62,141 bases of DNA from Omnitrophica bacterium GWA2_41_15 (GTDB lineage Bacteria; Omnitrophota; Gorgyraeia; Gygaellales; Profunditerraquicolaceae). Position 1 is the first letter of the stretch; each line of letters begins with the position of its first letter. The DNA lies in NCBI GenBank assembly GCA_919902445.1, contig CAKKQZ010000060.1:1-62141 (forward strand), written 5' to 3'. A program made the translations under genes and the position numbers. Below the pieces are notes generated by a model, which was given only the letters and a program-made list of their open reading frames with translations, had not been told where the DNA came from and did no database searches. Below, piece after piece: positions 29,280 to 37,725 of the stretch.

Positions 29280-29303
29280 GGTGGTACCTAGGGGAACGTC
29301 CCC
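29279..29303. repeat. right REP-like inverted repeat GGGTGGTACCTAGGGGAACGTCCCC
   Basis: Partner of 28566-28590. Overlaps the RAYT stop codon and the last five codons plus the stop codon of ispH on the opposite strand. Confidence 0.7.
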
Positions 29304-30127
29304 AGGTGTTTTATAACTTCTTGAGTGGTGGAATCAGGGGTGGAAGCGCCGGCAGTAACGCCGACGCTTTTTGTATTTTTAAACCATTCTTTTTTTATCT
29401 CACTCTTAGAACTTACCCAATGAGACCGATCATTCAAAGATTTAGATATCTCGTAAAGCCGCTTGGTATTAGCGCTTGATTTTGAGCCGATAATAATCAT
29501 CACATCATTTTCTTTGGGCATTATTTTTATCTCTTGTTGCTTTCTACGGGTGTGATTACAAATGGTATTGCAAAATTTTAGCTCTTTGATAGGTTGCCTT
29601 AAGGCATTCACTATCCGGAGGACATTCTCAAGATTTTGGGTTGACTGTACTACAACCGCAGCTTTACCTATATTTTTAAGTTGCCTTAGCGGAATATGGG
29701 CTGCATTGTCAATAACTATGGCCTTAGTTTTAAGTTGCCCTATTATCCCCTGCACTTCATCATGCTTTTTATCTCCGACCACAATGATTTTATAACCCCC
29801 ATGTTCCATTTCTTTGGCAATTTTATGTATCTCTTTAACCATCGGGCAGGTTGCGTCTATAATTTTGTAGCCGAAGGCGCTTGCCTTATCAAAAGTGTTT
29901 ATCGGAGAGCCGTGCGCGCGGATTAAAAGAGTTTTATTTTTTCCTTTACCAAGCCCTTTAATCTTTTTTATACCGGATTTTTCCACTTCCCGCACCACAT
30001 CTTCGTTGTGCACGATATCCCCGAGCATATAAACCTTTTTTTCGGATTTCGCCGTGTCAAAGGCAATATTCAAAGCCCTTTTCACTCCAAAACAAAACCC
30101 AGCCGACCTAGCCAAATTTATTTTCAT
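29288..30127 (-). CDS. ispH: 4-hydroxy-3-methylbut-2-enyl diphosphate reductase
   Basis: MKINLARSAGFCFGVKRAL, HNEDVV, ATCPMV, and CNHT region. Start set at the second Met (30127), because the first 8 codons of the track ORF are encoded by a repeat element. Confidence 0.9.
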   Translation of the reverse strand: MKINLARSAGFCFGVKRALNIAFDTAKSEKKVYMLGDIVHNEDVVREVEKSGIKKIKGLGKGKNKTLLIRAHGSPINTFDKASAFGYKIIDATCPMVKEIHKIAKEMEHGGYKIIVVGDKKHDEVQGIIGQLKTKAIVIDNAAHIPLRQLKNIGKAAVVVQSTQNLENVLRIVNALRQPIKELKFCNTICNHTRRKQQEIKIMPKENDVMIIIGSKSSANTKRLYEISKSLNDRSHWVSSKSEIKKEWFKNTKSVGVTAGASTPDSTTQEVIKHLGTFP

Positions 30128-30209
30128 AGGGACACCCTTGAAACTAATCAAGGGACACCCTTAGCTTTGGCAGAAAGAACGGCTTAGCTTTGGCAAAAAG
30201 GATATCCCT
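30128..30209. repeat. 59-nt TIR element (copy A, 30151-30209) plus an extra AGGGACACCCTT half-site (30128-30139)
   Basis: GGGACACCCTTAGCTTTGGCAGAAAGAACGGCTTAGCTTTGGCAAAAAGGATATCCCT aligns with the reverse complement of 57632-57690. Confidence 0.65.
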
Positions 30210-30256
30210 AATATTTATGATAACATATTTAAATCCCCGAATCCAGAATAATTTAC

Positions 30257-30285
30257 TTGCAAAGATTATTTATTTGTGCTATAAG
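30257..30285 (+). promoter_or_regulatory. sigma70-type promoter (TTGCAA-17 nt-TGcTATAAG)
   Basis: -35 at 30257-30262. Extended -10 TGCTATAAG ends at 30285, upstream of the nqr operon. Confidence 0.5.
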
Positions 30286-30328
30286 AATACTTTCAATGCA
30301 CTTTATAATGGTGTTTACACAATAGATA

Positions 30329-31828
30329 ATGTTTAAAGCATTCAGGACATTTAAAGGCGGCTTCAGGTTTAAAAACTACGCAGGACAGGCCTTACCTATA
30401 CTAATAGAGTCCAGGATTCCTTCCCGTGTTATCATTCCGTTAAGGCAGGGTTTTGGTACAGAAGTAAAACCACTTGTAAAAGTAGGGGATGCGGTTTTTG
30501 CCGGGCAGATTATCGCAAGGGATGATGCCACTATATCGTCTCCCATACATTCATCCATAAACGGAGTAGTTGAAGATATAAAGCGGATGAACTATTTCAA
30601 GCGCGAGATCAACATGGTGGTAATCCGCGCAAGCAACCTTTCTGCGGAAGTCCCGCGGCTTACCGGACATTCCCATGAATGGTGGAAACTAAGCAACGAG
30701 CAGATAGAAGAATTAATTTACCTCTCGGGGGCTGGTTCTCTTGACAGGGAAGGCATCCCCACCCATTTTAAAAGTTCAATAATCTCACCCGAAGATGTCA
30801 AGCACCTGATTATACATGGCGTCGGCTCAGAACCATATAATATTTCGCTGGATTTATTGCTGGAAGGCAAGAATTTCCTGCATTTTTTCGAAGGAGTAAA
30901 AATACTAAAAAGGATAATGCCAAAGGCCAAAGTGCATCTGGCTATCAATGCGCATAAGCGCAAGATTATCGAGCAACTCGTGAAGTTATCTACAGAGCTG
31001 GACTGGCTTGATATTTACCCGCTGGAACCAAAATACCCACAGGGTTATGATGAGATGCTCGTGCCTACGATCTTAGGGCAAAAATTCCCATACGGGTATT
31101 CTGCGGCTAATATCGGAGCTGTTGTTTTAAATATTCAGGCAGTATTGGGGGTTTACAATGCGGTGGTTGAAGGAATGCCTTTAGTTGAAAGGATTATAGC
31201 CCTCTGCGGCCCAAACATAAAAGAGAATATCCATGTAAGGGTGCGCGTAGGTACCCCGCTTAGCGAATTTATCACAGAGCGCCTTAAAACAGAGGAATCT
31301 GCAAGGGTGGTATTGAACAGTTTACTTACCGGCTTTACCTTAAACGAATTCTCTCTTCCTATTGATAGGACATTTTCCCAGATAATCGCAATATCAGAAA
31401 ATAAGCAGAGAAAGTTTTTAGCTTTTATGCGCCCGGGCTCAAAGCGCGATTCCTACACACGGGCGTTTCTTTCGAAATGGATTCCCGGAGCTCCGAAGAT
31501 ATCCGATACAAATAAACACGGAGATGAAAGGCCCTGTATATCCTGCGGTTTTTGCGAAGAGGTTTGCCCTGTAAGGATAATACCGCATCTTTTAAGTAAA
31601 TACGTAACACGCAATATTATAGATGAGGCATTGACAAATTATAATATCTTTTATTGTATCGAATGCGGGTTATGCAATTTTACCTGCCCTTCAAAAATTT
31701 CTTTGATGCAGCATATAAAGGAAGGGCAGGATAAATTAACTATGGAGGGCTGTGACCGCGGGCAGTGCATATTACCGTATTTTGACCTTAAGGGGATAGA
31801 GGAGTACCGCGGTGTCACCAAGCTTTAA
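30329..31828 (+). CDS. nqrA: NqrA/RnfC-family subunit retaining two C-terminal 4Fe-4S ferredoxin motifs
   Basis: RnfC_N-like VIIPLRQGFGTEVKPLVKVGDAVFAGQIIA. Degenerate nucleotide site SGAGSLDREGIPTHFK. CISCGFCEEVCP and CIECGLCNFTCP. Confidence 0.75.
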   Translation: MFKAFRTFKGGFRFKNYAGQALPILIESRIPSRVIIPLRQGFGTEVKPLVKVGDAVFAGQIIARDDATISSPIHSSINGVVEDIKRMNYFKREINMVVIRASNLSAEVPRLTGHSHEWWKLSNEQIEELIYLSGAGSLDREGIPTHFKSSIISPEDVKHLIIHGVGSEPYNISLDLLLEGKNFLHFFEGVKILKRIMPKAKVHLAINAHKRKIIEQLVKLSTELDWLDIYPLEPKYPQGYDEMLVPTILGQKFPYGYSAANIGAVVLNIQAVLGVYNAVVEGMPLVERIIALCGPNIKENIHVRVRVGTPLSEFITERLKTEESARVVLNSLLTGFTLNEFSLPIDRTFSQIIAISENKQRKFLAFMRPGSKRDSYTRAFLSKWIPGAPKISDTNKHGDERPCISCGFCEEVCPVRIIPHLLSKYVTRNIIDEALTNYNIFYCIECGLCNFTCPSKISLMQHIKEGQDKLTMEGCDRGQCILPYFDLKGIEEYRGVTKL

Positions 31829-31838
31829 AGGATAAATT

Positions 31839-32876
31839 ATGCGCATTTTACATAAGGTAATAGATAGTATGTACGGCTTGATAGGAAAGAATAAATTTCT
31901 TAGCAAGTTTAAGCCGGTGCTTGTTGCTACCGATGAGTTCTTTTTTGGTACTGATAAGGTAACCAACCTGCCGCATATAGTTGACTATATGGATATCAAG
32001 CGCTTTATGGCATTGGTGGTTGTCGCGCTTATACCTGTTACGATAGCTTCCGTATATTTCTGGGGTTTACGTGTTTTAGCAATAATCGCTGTTTCTTATG
32101 CTTTTGGCGGAATGGTAGAGGTTGCTTTTGCGGCAATTAGAAAAAAGGAGATCCACGAAGGATTTCTGGTAACGGGCCTTATATTCCCGCTGATACTTCC
32201 TCCCACAACCCCCTTATGGGTGGTAGCGGTAGGTGTGGTATTCGGGGTTTTATTCGGCAAGGAGGTTTTTGGGGGCACGGCGCGTAATATCTTTAATCCA
32301 GCCATAGTCGGAAGGATATTTTTAAGTATCGCATTCCCTAAAATAATGAGCAGCGAATGGCGGGTCCCTTTAACTGACGCCATAACTTCTGCAACTCCGC
32401 TGGTGCTTTTTAAGAATCAGGGGATAATAACCTCCTACACTGATATGCTCTTTGGTTTTAATTCCGGTTGCATCGGAGAAACATTCCGTATCGGTATCAT
32501 TGCCGGAGGAATCTTTTTGATTCTTTTAAAAATAGTTGACTGGCGGATACCTTTTGCGTTTTTAACAACTGCCGCGGCCTTTCCTTGGATTAGTAATCAT
32601 CTGTTTCACACAAATTTTGCTCCGCCATTATTCCAACTGCTTTCTGGAGGCCTGCTTTTCGGAGCCTTCTTCATGGCTACTGACCCCGTAACCAGCCCGT
32701 TTACAAGGTCCGGAAAGTGGATTGCAGGAATATTGCTTGGTTTTTTAACCGTTTTAATCAGGGCGCTCTCAGGTTATGTTGAAGGCGTTATGTTTAGCAT
32801 ACTTTTAGTGGATACCTTCACTCCGTTAATAGATACATTAGTGCTAGGGGCAAGATACAAGAAGAAAACAAAATAA
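31839..32876 (+). CDS. nqrB: NqrB/RnfD-family membrane subunit
   Basis: Polytopic. FNPAIVGR and the FMN-attachment region DAITSATPL. Confidence 0.85.
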   Translation: MRILHKVIDSMYGLIGKNKFLSKFKPVLVATDEFFFGTDKVTNLPHIVDYMDIKRFMALVVVALIPVTIASVYFWGLRVLAIIAVSYAFGGMVEVAFAAIRKKEIHEGFLVTGLIFPLILPPTTPLWVVAVGVVFGVLFGKEVFGGTARNIFNPAIVGRIFLSIAFPKIMSSEWRVPLTDAITSATPLVLFKNQGIITSYTDMLFGFNSGCIGETFRIGIIAGGIFLILLKIVDWRIPFAFLTTAAAFPWISNHLFHTNFAPPLFQLLSGGLLFGAFFMATDPVTSPFTRSGKWIAGILLGFLTVLIRALSGYVEGVMFSILLVDTFTPLIDTLVLGARYKKKTK

Positions 32877-32877
32877 A

Positions 32878-33444
32878 GTGAAAGCATTAAAAATTTTTAT
32901 TTTTGTGTTGGTAATGGGGACGGTTTCAGGCGCTATGCTGGTGGGGATAAGCGCCTTTACTTCCCCTTTGATTCAAAAGAATGAAGAGTTCAGATTAAAA
33001 TCCGCTATTCTTGATGTCCTTGAAATTCCTCATGAAAAACCCACCGTTGTAAAGATATTTGATGAGCAGGTAAAGATAATAAAAAAGGGAAATTATACAT
33101 TTTATAATGCTACAGACGGAAGCCTTGCTTTTGAATTCCGCGGGCCTGGGCTGTGGGGGCCTGTCGTAGGGATCATTAGTTTAGAGAAGGACCTGAAGAC
33201 AATACGCAAGATTAAAGTTACCTATCAGGAAGAAACCCCCGGTTTAGGCAGCCGTATCGCAGAGTCAAATTACCTGAAGCAGTTTAAAAGTAAGGAATTC
33301 TCACCGCGCCTGGTATTTGTACCGGAGGGAAAAGCCAGCGGAAAGAATCAAGTGGATGCCATAACCGGAGCCACAGGTTCAAGTAAGGCCTTTGAAAAAC
33401 TTATTAATGAGAATGTGCAGAAATATTTAGCGGTATTAAAATAA
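32878..33444 (+). CDS. nqrC: NqrC/RnfG-family FMN-binding subunit
   Basis: N-terminal TM and the FMN attachment motif DAITGATGSS. GTG start. Confidence 0.8.
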   Translation: MKALKIFIFVLVMGTVSGAMLVGISAFTSPLIQKNEEFRLKSAILDVLEIPHEKPTVVKIFDEQVKIIKKGNYTFYNATDGSLAFEFRGPGLWGPVVGIISLEKDLKTIRKIKVTYQEETPGLGSRIAESNYLKQFKSKEFSPRLVFVPEGKASGKNQVDAITGATGSSKAFEKLINENVQKYLAVLK

Positions 33445-33447
33445 TCC

Positions 33448-34077
33448 ATGCCGAAAAAACAATTTAAAAGGAGTTTTAAACAGGCAAAGTGGTTTAAGGT
33501 TTTAACTGCCGGGCTTTGGCAGGACCATCCCACATTCTGCATGGTCTTAGGCATATGCTCTATGTTAGCAGTTACAAACCGCGTTGATAATGCCATTGCC
33601 ATGGGGGCTGGTGTTACATTCTGCACCGCATTCAGTTCGCTATTCGTTTCCCTTTTCCGTAATACAATACCGAGCAGGGTAAGGATGCTTGCTTATATGG
33701 TTATTATCGCGACATTTGTTATTTGCGTGGATAGGTTTCTAAAAGCGTATTTTCCTCCCATAAGCGAGGCGTTAGGCCCGTATGTAGGTTTGATTATTAC
33801 TAACTGCATCCTTATGGGCCGGGCCGAGGCATTTGCCATTAAAAACGGGCCGTGGTTATCCTTTTTAGACGGATTAGGATGCGGTGTGGGTTATAGTTTT
33901 ATGCTTGTTTTAATGGGTATTATCAGGGAGCCCTTAGGTTTCGGGACTCTTTTAGGCCACAGGGTAATGCCGAGTTCCTGGACAAACTGGGTAGTTTTAA
34001 CCTTAGCTCCCGGAGCATTCTTTTTATTAGGTGTGTATTTGTGGATTTTTAGGACTATAGCCAAAAAAACGGAGTAG
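33448..34077 (+). CDS. nqrD: NqrD/RnfE-family membrane subunit
   Basis: Six-TM pattern. NP.F..VLG.C and GLIITNCILMGRAEAFA. Confidence 0.85.
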   Translation: MPKKQFKRSFKQAKWFKVLTAGLWQDHPTFCMVLGICSMLAVTNRVDNAIAMGAGVTFCTAFSSLFVSLFRNTIPSRVRMLAYMVIIATFVICVDRFLKAYFPPISEALGPYVGLIITNCILMGRAEAFAIKNGPWLSFLDGLGCGVGYSFMLVLMGIIREPLGFGTLLGHRVMPSSWTNWVVLTLAPGAFFLLGVYLWIFRTIAKKTE

Positions 34078-34080
34078 ATA

Positions 34081-34674
34081 ATGAACACAACCAGCCCTTT
34101 AATTTTACTTATTGCTTCAATATTCACCCATAATATCGCCCTTACCTATATATTGGGGATGTGCCCGTTTATAGTCATCTCCAAGAATTTTAAAACAGCG
34201 GTCGGTATGGGGGTTTCGATTATCTTTGTAGTTACCTTGACCGCAGTCATCAACTGGCCCATATACTGGCTTATTCTGGTTCCGGCAAAAGCGCAGATTG
34301 TTTCGTATTTAATATTTATCATCGTGATTGCGGCAACGGTCCAATTACTTGAGATGCTTATTGAAAAATTCTTTCCTACTTTGCAGTCTTCCTTCGGAAT
34401 ATTCCTTCCCTTGATTACGGTTAACTGTATTGTTTTGGCTGTATGTTTATTCATGGTCTTAAGGAATTATAATTTTATCCAGACGGTTTTTTATTCTTTC
34501 GGCACAAGCGCCGGCTGGGCGTTCGCCATCGTTATTATGGCGGCAATAAAAGAAAAACTTGCGTTAGTCGCAGATATACCCTTAGGGCTAAGAGGGGCGG
34601 GTATCACCATGATTATCGCAGGGCTTATGGCTTTTGCTTTTATGGGTTTTGCCGGGATGATTACCCTCCAGTAA
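34081..34674 (+). CDS. nqrE: NqrE/RnfA-family membrane subunit
   Basis: FTHNIALTYILGMCPF and LITVNCIVLAV motifs. Confidence 0.85.
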   Translation: MNTTSPLILLIASIFTHNIALTYILGMCPFIVISKNFKTAVGMGVSIIFVVTLTAVINWPIYWLILVPAKAQIVSYLIFIIVIAATVQLLEMLIEKFFPTLQSSFGIFLPLITVNCIVLAVCLFMVLRNYNFIQTVFYSFGTSAGWAFAIVIMAAIKEKLALVADIPLGLRGAGITMIIAGLMAFAFMGFAGMITLQ

Positions 34675-34720
34675 CTAATATTTGATACGAGAACTGAGAA
34701 TCTAGCATCAAGGATATAGA

Positions 34721-35794
34721 ATGATACCAATATTCATAATGAATGGAATTCTGGTAGTGATTGCCATACTCCTGGTTGTGGCGGAGAAATTCCTTGTTAC
34801 TTACGGTGAATGTAAGATTACCATCAATAAAGAGAAAATATTAACTGTAAGCGGAGGTGAAAATTTATTAAGTTATTTTGGGCAGAATAAAATATTCATT
34901 CCTTCGGCTTGCGGCGGAAAGGCAACCTGCGGCTATTGTAAGGTGGAGGTTTTAAGCGGGGGCGGCCATATCCTGCCTACGGAAGAAGTTTTTATCCCGC
35001 GCAAAGACCGGCTTAAGGGGGTGCGGCTCGCCTGCCAAGTCAAGGTAAAAAACGATATTGATGTCTTGATTTCCTCTGACCTTTTGGAAGCCCAGGAGTT
35101 TAAAGTAACCGTTTCGCAGATAAAAGACCTTACTTCGGATATAAAGCTGGTATATTTAAGGTTAGATGAGCCCTCATCGCTGAAATTTAAACCCGGGCAA
35201 TACGTTCAGTTTAAAATCCCCGAGACAGATGAACTCCGCGCTTATTCTATCGCCTCGCCTCCTTCTTCGGAGAATGCGATAGAGCTTGTTGTGCGCTTAG
35301 TGCCGGGAGGGATCTGCTCTACATATATCCATGAGGTATTGGATATAAACGACACAATTACTATAACCGGCCCATTTGGGGATTTTTATTTAAGGGAGGA
35401 TTCTGGCAGGAATATAGTCTGTATCGGCGGCGGCTGCGGCATGGCACCTATACGCTCAATTTTATTGCATTTGAAAGAAAAAGGCATCCCCAGAAAGACC
35501 ATGTATTTCTTCGGCGCGCGCAGCAAAAAAGATTTGTTTTTTACGGAAGAACTTTTTGCTTTGGAGCGCGAATACCCTAATTTTAAATATATCCCCGCGC
35601 TCTCCGAGCCAAAACCGCATGATAACTGGGATGGCGAGACCGGCCTTATAACACAGGTAGTGGAAAGGCTTGTCCATGACGGGCCGAACACAGAAGCGTA
35701 TCTTTGCGGCCCTCCTCCTATGATTGATGCGTCTATAAAGGTGCTTACGAAAAAGGGCGTCCACGAGATACACATCTATTACGATAAATTTTAA
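34721..35794 (+). CDS. nqrF: NqrF (TM + 2Fe-2S ferredoxin + FAD/NADH oxidoreductase)
   Basis: CGGKATCGYCKV...LACQ (2Fe-2S), RAYSIAS (FAD), GGGCGMAP (NADH). Confidence 0.85.
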   Translation: MIPIFIMNGILVVIAILLVVAEKFLVTYGECKITINKEKILTVSGGENLLSYFGQNKIFIPSACGGKATCGYCKVEVLSGGGHILPTEEVFIPRKDRLKGVRLACQVKVKNDIDVLISSDLLEAQEFKVTVSQIKDLTSDIKLVYLRLDEPSSLKFKPGQYVQFKIPETDELRAYSIASPPSSENAIELVVRLVPGGICSTYIHEVLDINDTITITGPFGDFYLREDSGRNIVCIGGGCGMAPIRSILLHLKEKGIPRKTMYFFGARSKKDLFFTEELFALEREYPNFKYIPALSEPKPHDNWDGETGLITQVVERLVHDGPNTEAYLCGPPPMIDASIKVLTKKGVHEIHIYYDKF

Positions 35795-36732
35795 TGAGCA
35801 CAAAAGAATCCTCTTCATTGAGAAAATGGCTGAAAGCTATCCGCGTGCCTTTTTCTACCGCAACCATAATCCCCATTACGCTGGGGGCAATAATTGGCTG
35901 GTTTGATACGGGGGTTTTTTTGTGGATGAGGTTCTGGCTGACTCTTTGCGGAGGCCTGATTATCCATTTTGCCACAAATATGGCTAATGATTATTTTGAC
36001 CATGTAAGCGGCTGCGATGAGGCAAACCCTACGCCCACACCTTTTAGCGGAGGCAGCAGGGTAATACAGGAGGGACTGATCCCCGCAAAACATGTTTTAT
36101 ATGCCTGCCTGATTGCCTTTAGCATCGGCGCAGCAATAGGCCTTTACCTTAATTATATTTCCGGCGGGAATGTAATTCTTATCTTAGGGTTGATAGGGAT
36201 ACCTTTAGCATTTTTTTATACCGCAAGGCCCCTGCGTTTGGGTTACGGGGCTTTTGGGGAAATTGCCGTGGGGGTCGGATTTGGGCCGCTGATGGTATTG
36301 GGTTCTTATTATGTCCAGGCGCAGGCGCTCTCACTTAGGGCGTTTCTTGTTTCAATTCCGGTCGGGATTCTTATCGCCTTAGTTTTATATATCAACGAAT
36401 TTCCCGACTATACGGGAGACAAAAGCGTAGGTAAAAGAAATTTAGTGGTATTGCTCGGAAAAAAACGGGCGGTGATTTTGTACCATATTTTACTTGCCAG
36501 CGTATATTTGATTATACTTTTATTAGTGATATTCAAATTTTTACCGTTAATAGCGCTGATTGTTTTTTTAAGTTTGCCCCTGGCATTAAAGGCATACGCG
36601 GTTTCTAAGAAAAATTTTGACAAAGTTTTTGAATTACTTCCGGCAAACGCATCGACAATAGGTTTACATTCTCTTATCGGATTATTACTCTGTGCAAGTT
36701 TTATATTGGAAAAACTTTTCGGTAAAGGTTAG
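35794..36732 (+). CDS. menA: UbiA-family prenyltransferase, MenA-like (DHNA polyprenyltransferase)
   Basis: NMANDYFDHVSGCD plus the second Asp-rich region YINEFPDYTGD. Polytopic. Confidence 0.75.
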   Translation: MSTKESSSLRKWLKAIRVPFSTATIIPITLGAIIGWFDTGVFLWMRFWLTLCGGLIIHFATNMANDYFDHVSGCDEANPTPTPFSGGSRVIQEGLIPAKHVLYACLIAFSIGAAIGLYLNYISGGNVILILGLIGIPLAFFYTARPLRLGYGAFGEIAVGVGFGPLMVLGSYYVQAQALSLRAFLVSIPVGILIALVLYINEFPDYTGDKSVGKRNLVVLLGKKRAVILYHILLASVYLIILLLVIFKFLPLIALIVFLSLPLALKAYAVSKKNFDKVFELLPANASTIGLHSLIGLLLCASFILEKLFGKG

Positions 36733-36741
36733 AAGGTCGTT

Positions 36742-37725
36742 ATGCGGTTAAAAGATATTTATCAGCCAATCAGTAAAGAATTAGATGATGTTGAGGATTT
36801 ATTAAGGGTAAGCCTTGCCAATACAGGTTACAAGTCCATATCAGAAGTAAACAATTATTTGTTGGAGGCGAAAGGAAAAAGGTTAAGGCCTGCATTGGTA
36901 ATATTCTCCGCCAAGGCAGCCAAGGAAACTCATCAGTTAAATAAGCATTCAATGGCTTCGCTTGCCTGTGCCGTAGAGCTAATCCATATCGCCTCTTTAA
37001 TCCACGACGATGTTATGGACCACGCTGCCTTAAGGCACCATAAGCCGACAATAAATTCAAGGTACGGTGAGGATGTTTCCATAACTTTAGGCGATTACCT
37101 TTATTCAAAGGCCTTTGAGTTGATTGCGAATTGCAAGGATATAGATATATTATCATGCGTTAGCCAGGCAACGCGGCTTATGTGCGAGGGCCAGCTAATA
37201 CAGGTTTGCGAAAGGGATAATTTAGAGTTGTTAAAAAGCAGGTATATTATCGTGGTCAAGAAAAAGACCGCCGCGCTTTTTGCGGCTTCCTGCCGGGCAG
37301 GAGCGATACTCGCCGATGCCAGGGATCCTTATAAAAATACCCTGGGAGAATACGGCCTTAATTTTGGGGTAGCCTTTCAAATAATAGATGACTGCCTTGA
37401 TTTAATCGCGAAGGTCGAGGATCTCGGAAAAGACCCCGGGGCTGACCTGAAAATGGGTGAGTTAACGCTTCCGGTATTAAATTTACTCTCTAAGGCCAAG
37501 GATAAAAACAGGATACTGTCATTAATAAGTGCGAAGGATAATGGGGAAACGTTCAGGGAGCTAAGGGAAAGGTTTATTAATTCCGAGGCAGCGCTTGCTA
37601 CAAAAAAAGATATTTTATTTTACATCAGGAAAGCCAAGAAGAGTTTAAGCGGGCTTGAAGAATCCTGCTTCAAGCAAAGTATGTGCGCGTTAGCGGATTT
37701 TATGGTTGAGAGATTAAAGCTATGA
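36742..37725 (+). CDS. long-chain polyprenyl diphosphate synthase
   Basis: FARM LIHDDVMD and SARM IIDDCLD. Confidence 0.85.
   Translation: MRLKDIYQPISKELDDVEDLLRVSLANTGYKSISEVNNYLLEAKGKRLRPALVIFSAKAAKETHQLNKHSMASLACAVELIHIASLIHDDVMDHAALRHHKPTINSRYGEDVSITLGDYLYSKAFELIANCKDIDILSCVSQATRLMCEGQLIQVCERDNLELLKSRYIIVVKKKTAALFAASCRAGAILADARDPYKNTLGEYGLNFGVAFQIIDDCLDLIAKVEDLGKDPGADLKMGELTLPVLNLLSKAKDKNRILSLISAKDNGETFRELRERFINSEAALATKKDILFYIRKAKKSLSGLEESCFKQSMCALADFMVERLKL

Larger units (their letters stand above)
28566..29303 (+). mobile_element. RAYT / IS200-like tyrosine transposase unit flanked by inverted REP-like repeats
   Basis: 25-nt imperfect inverted repeats at both ends enclose a single HUH/Y1 transposase gene. 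Confidence 0.65.

Noticed and set aside
30128-30151. Eight extra N-terminal codons of ispH (MISFKGVP)
   Set aside because: They are encoded by the AGGGACACCCTT repeat copies. The conserved IspH N-terminus begins at MKINLARSAGFCFG.
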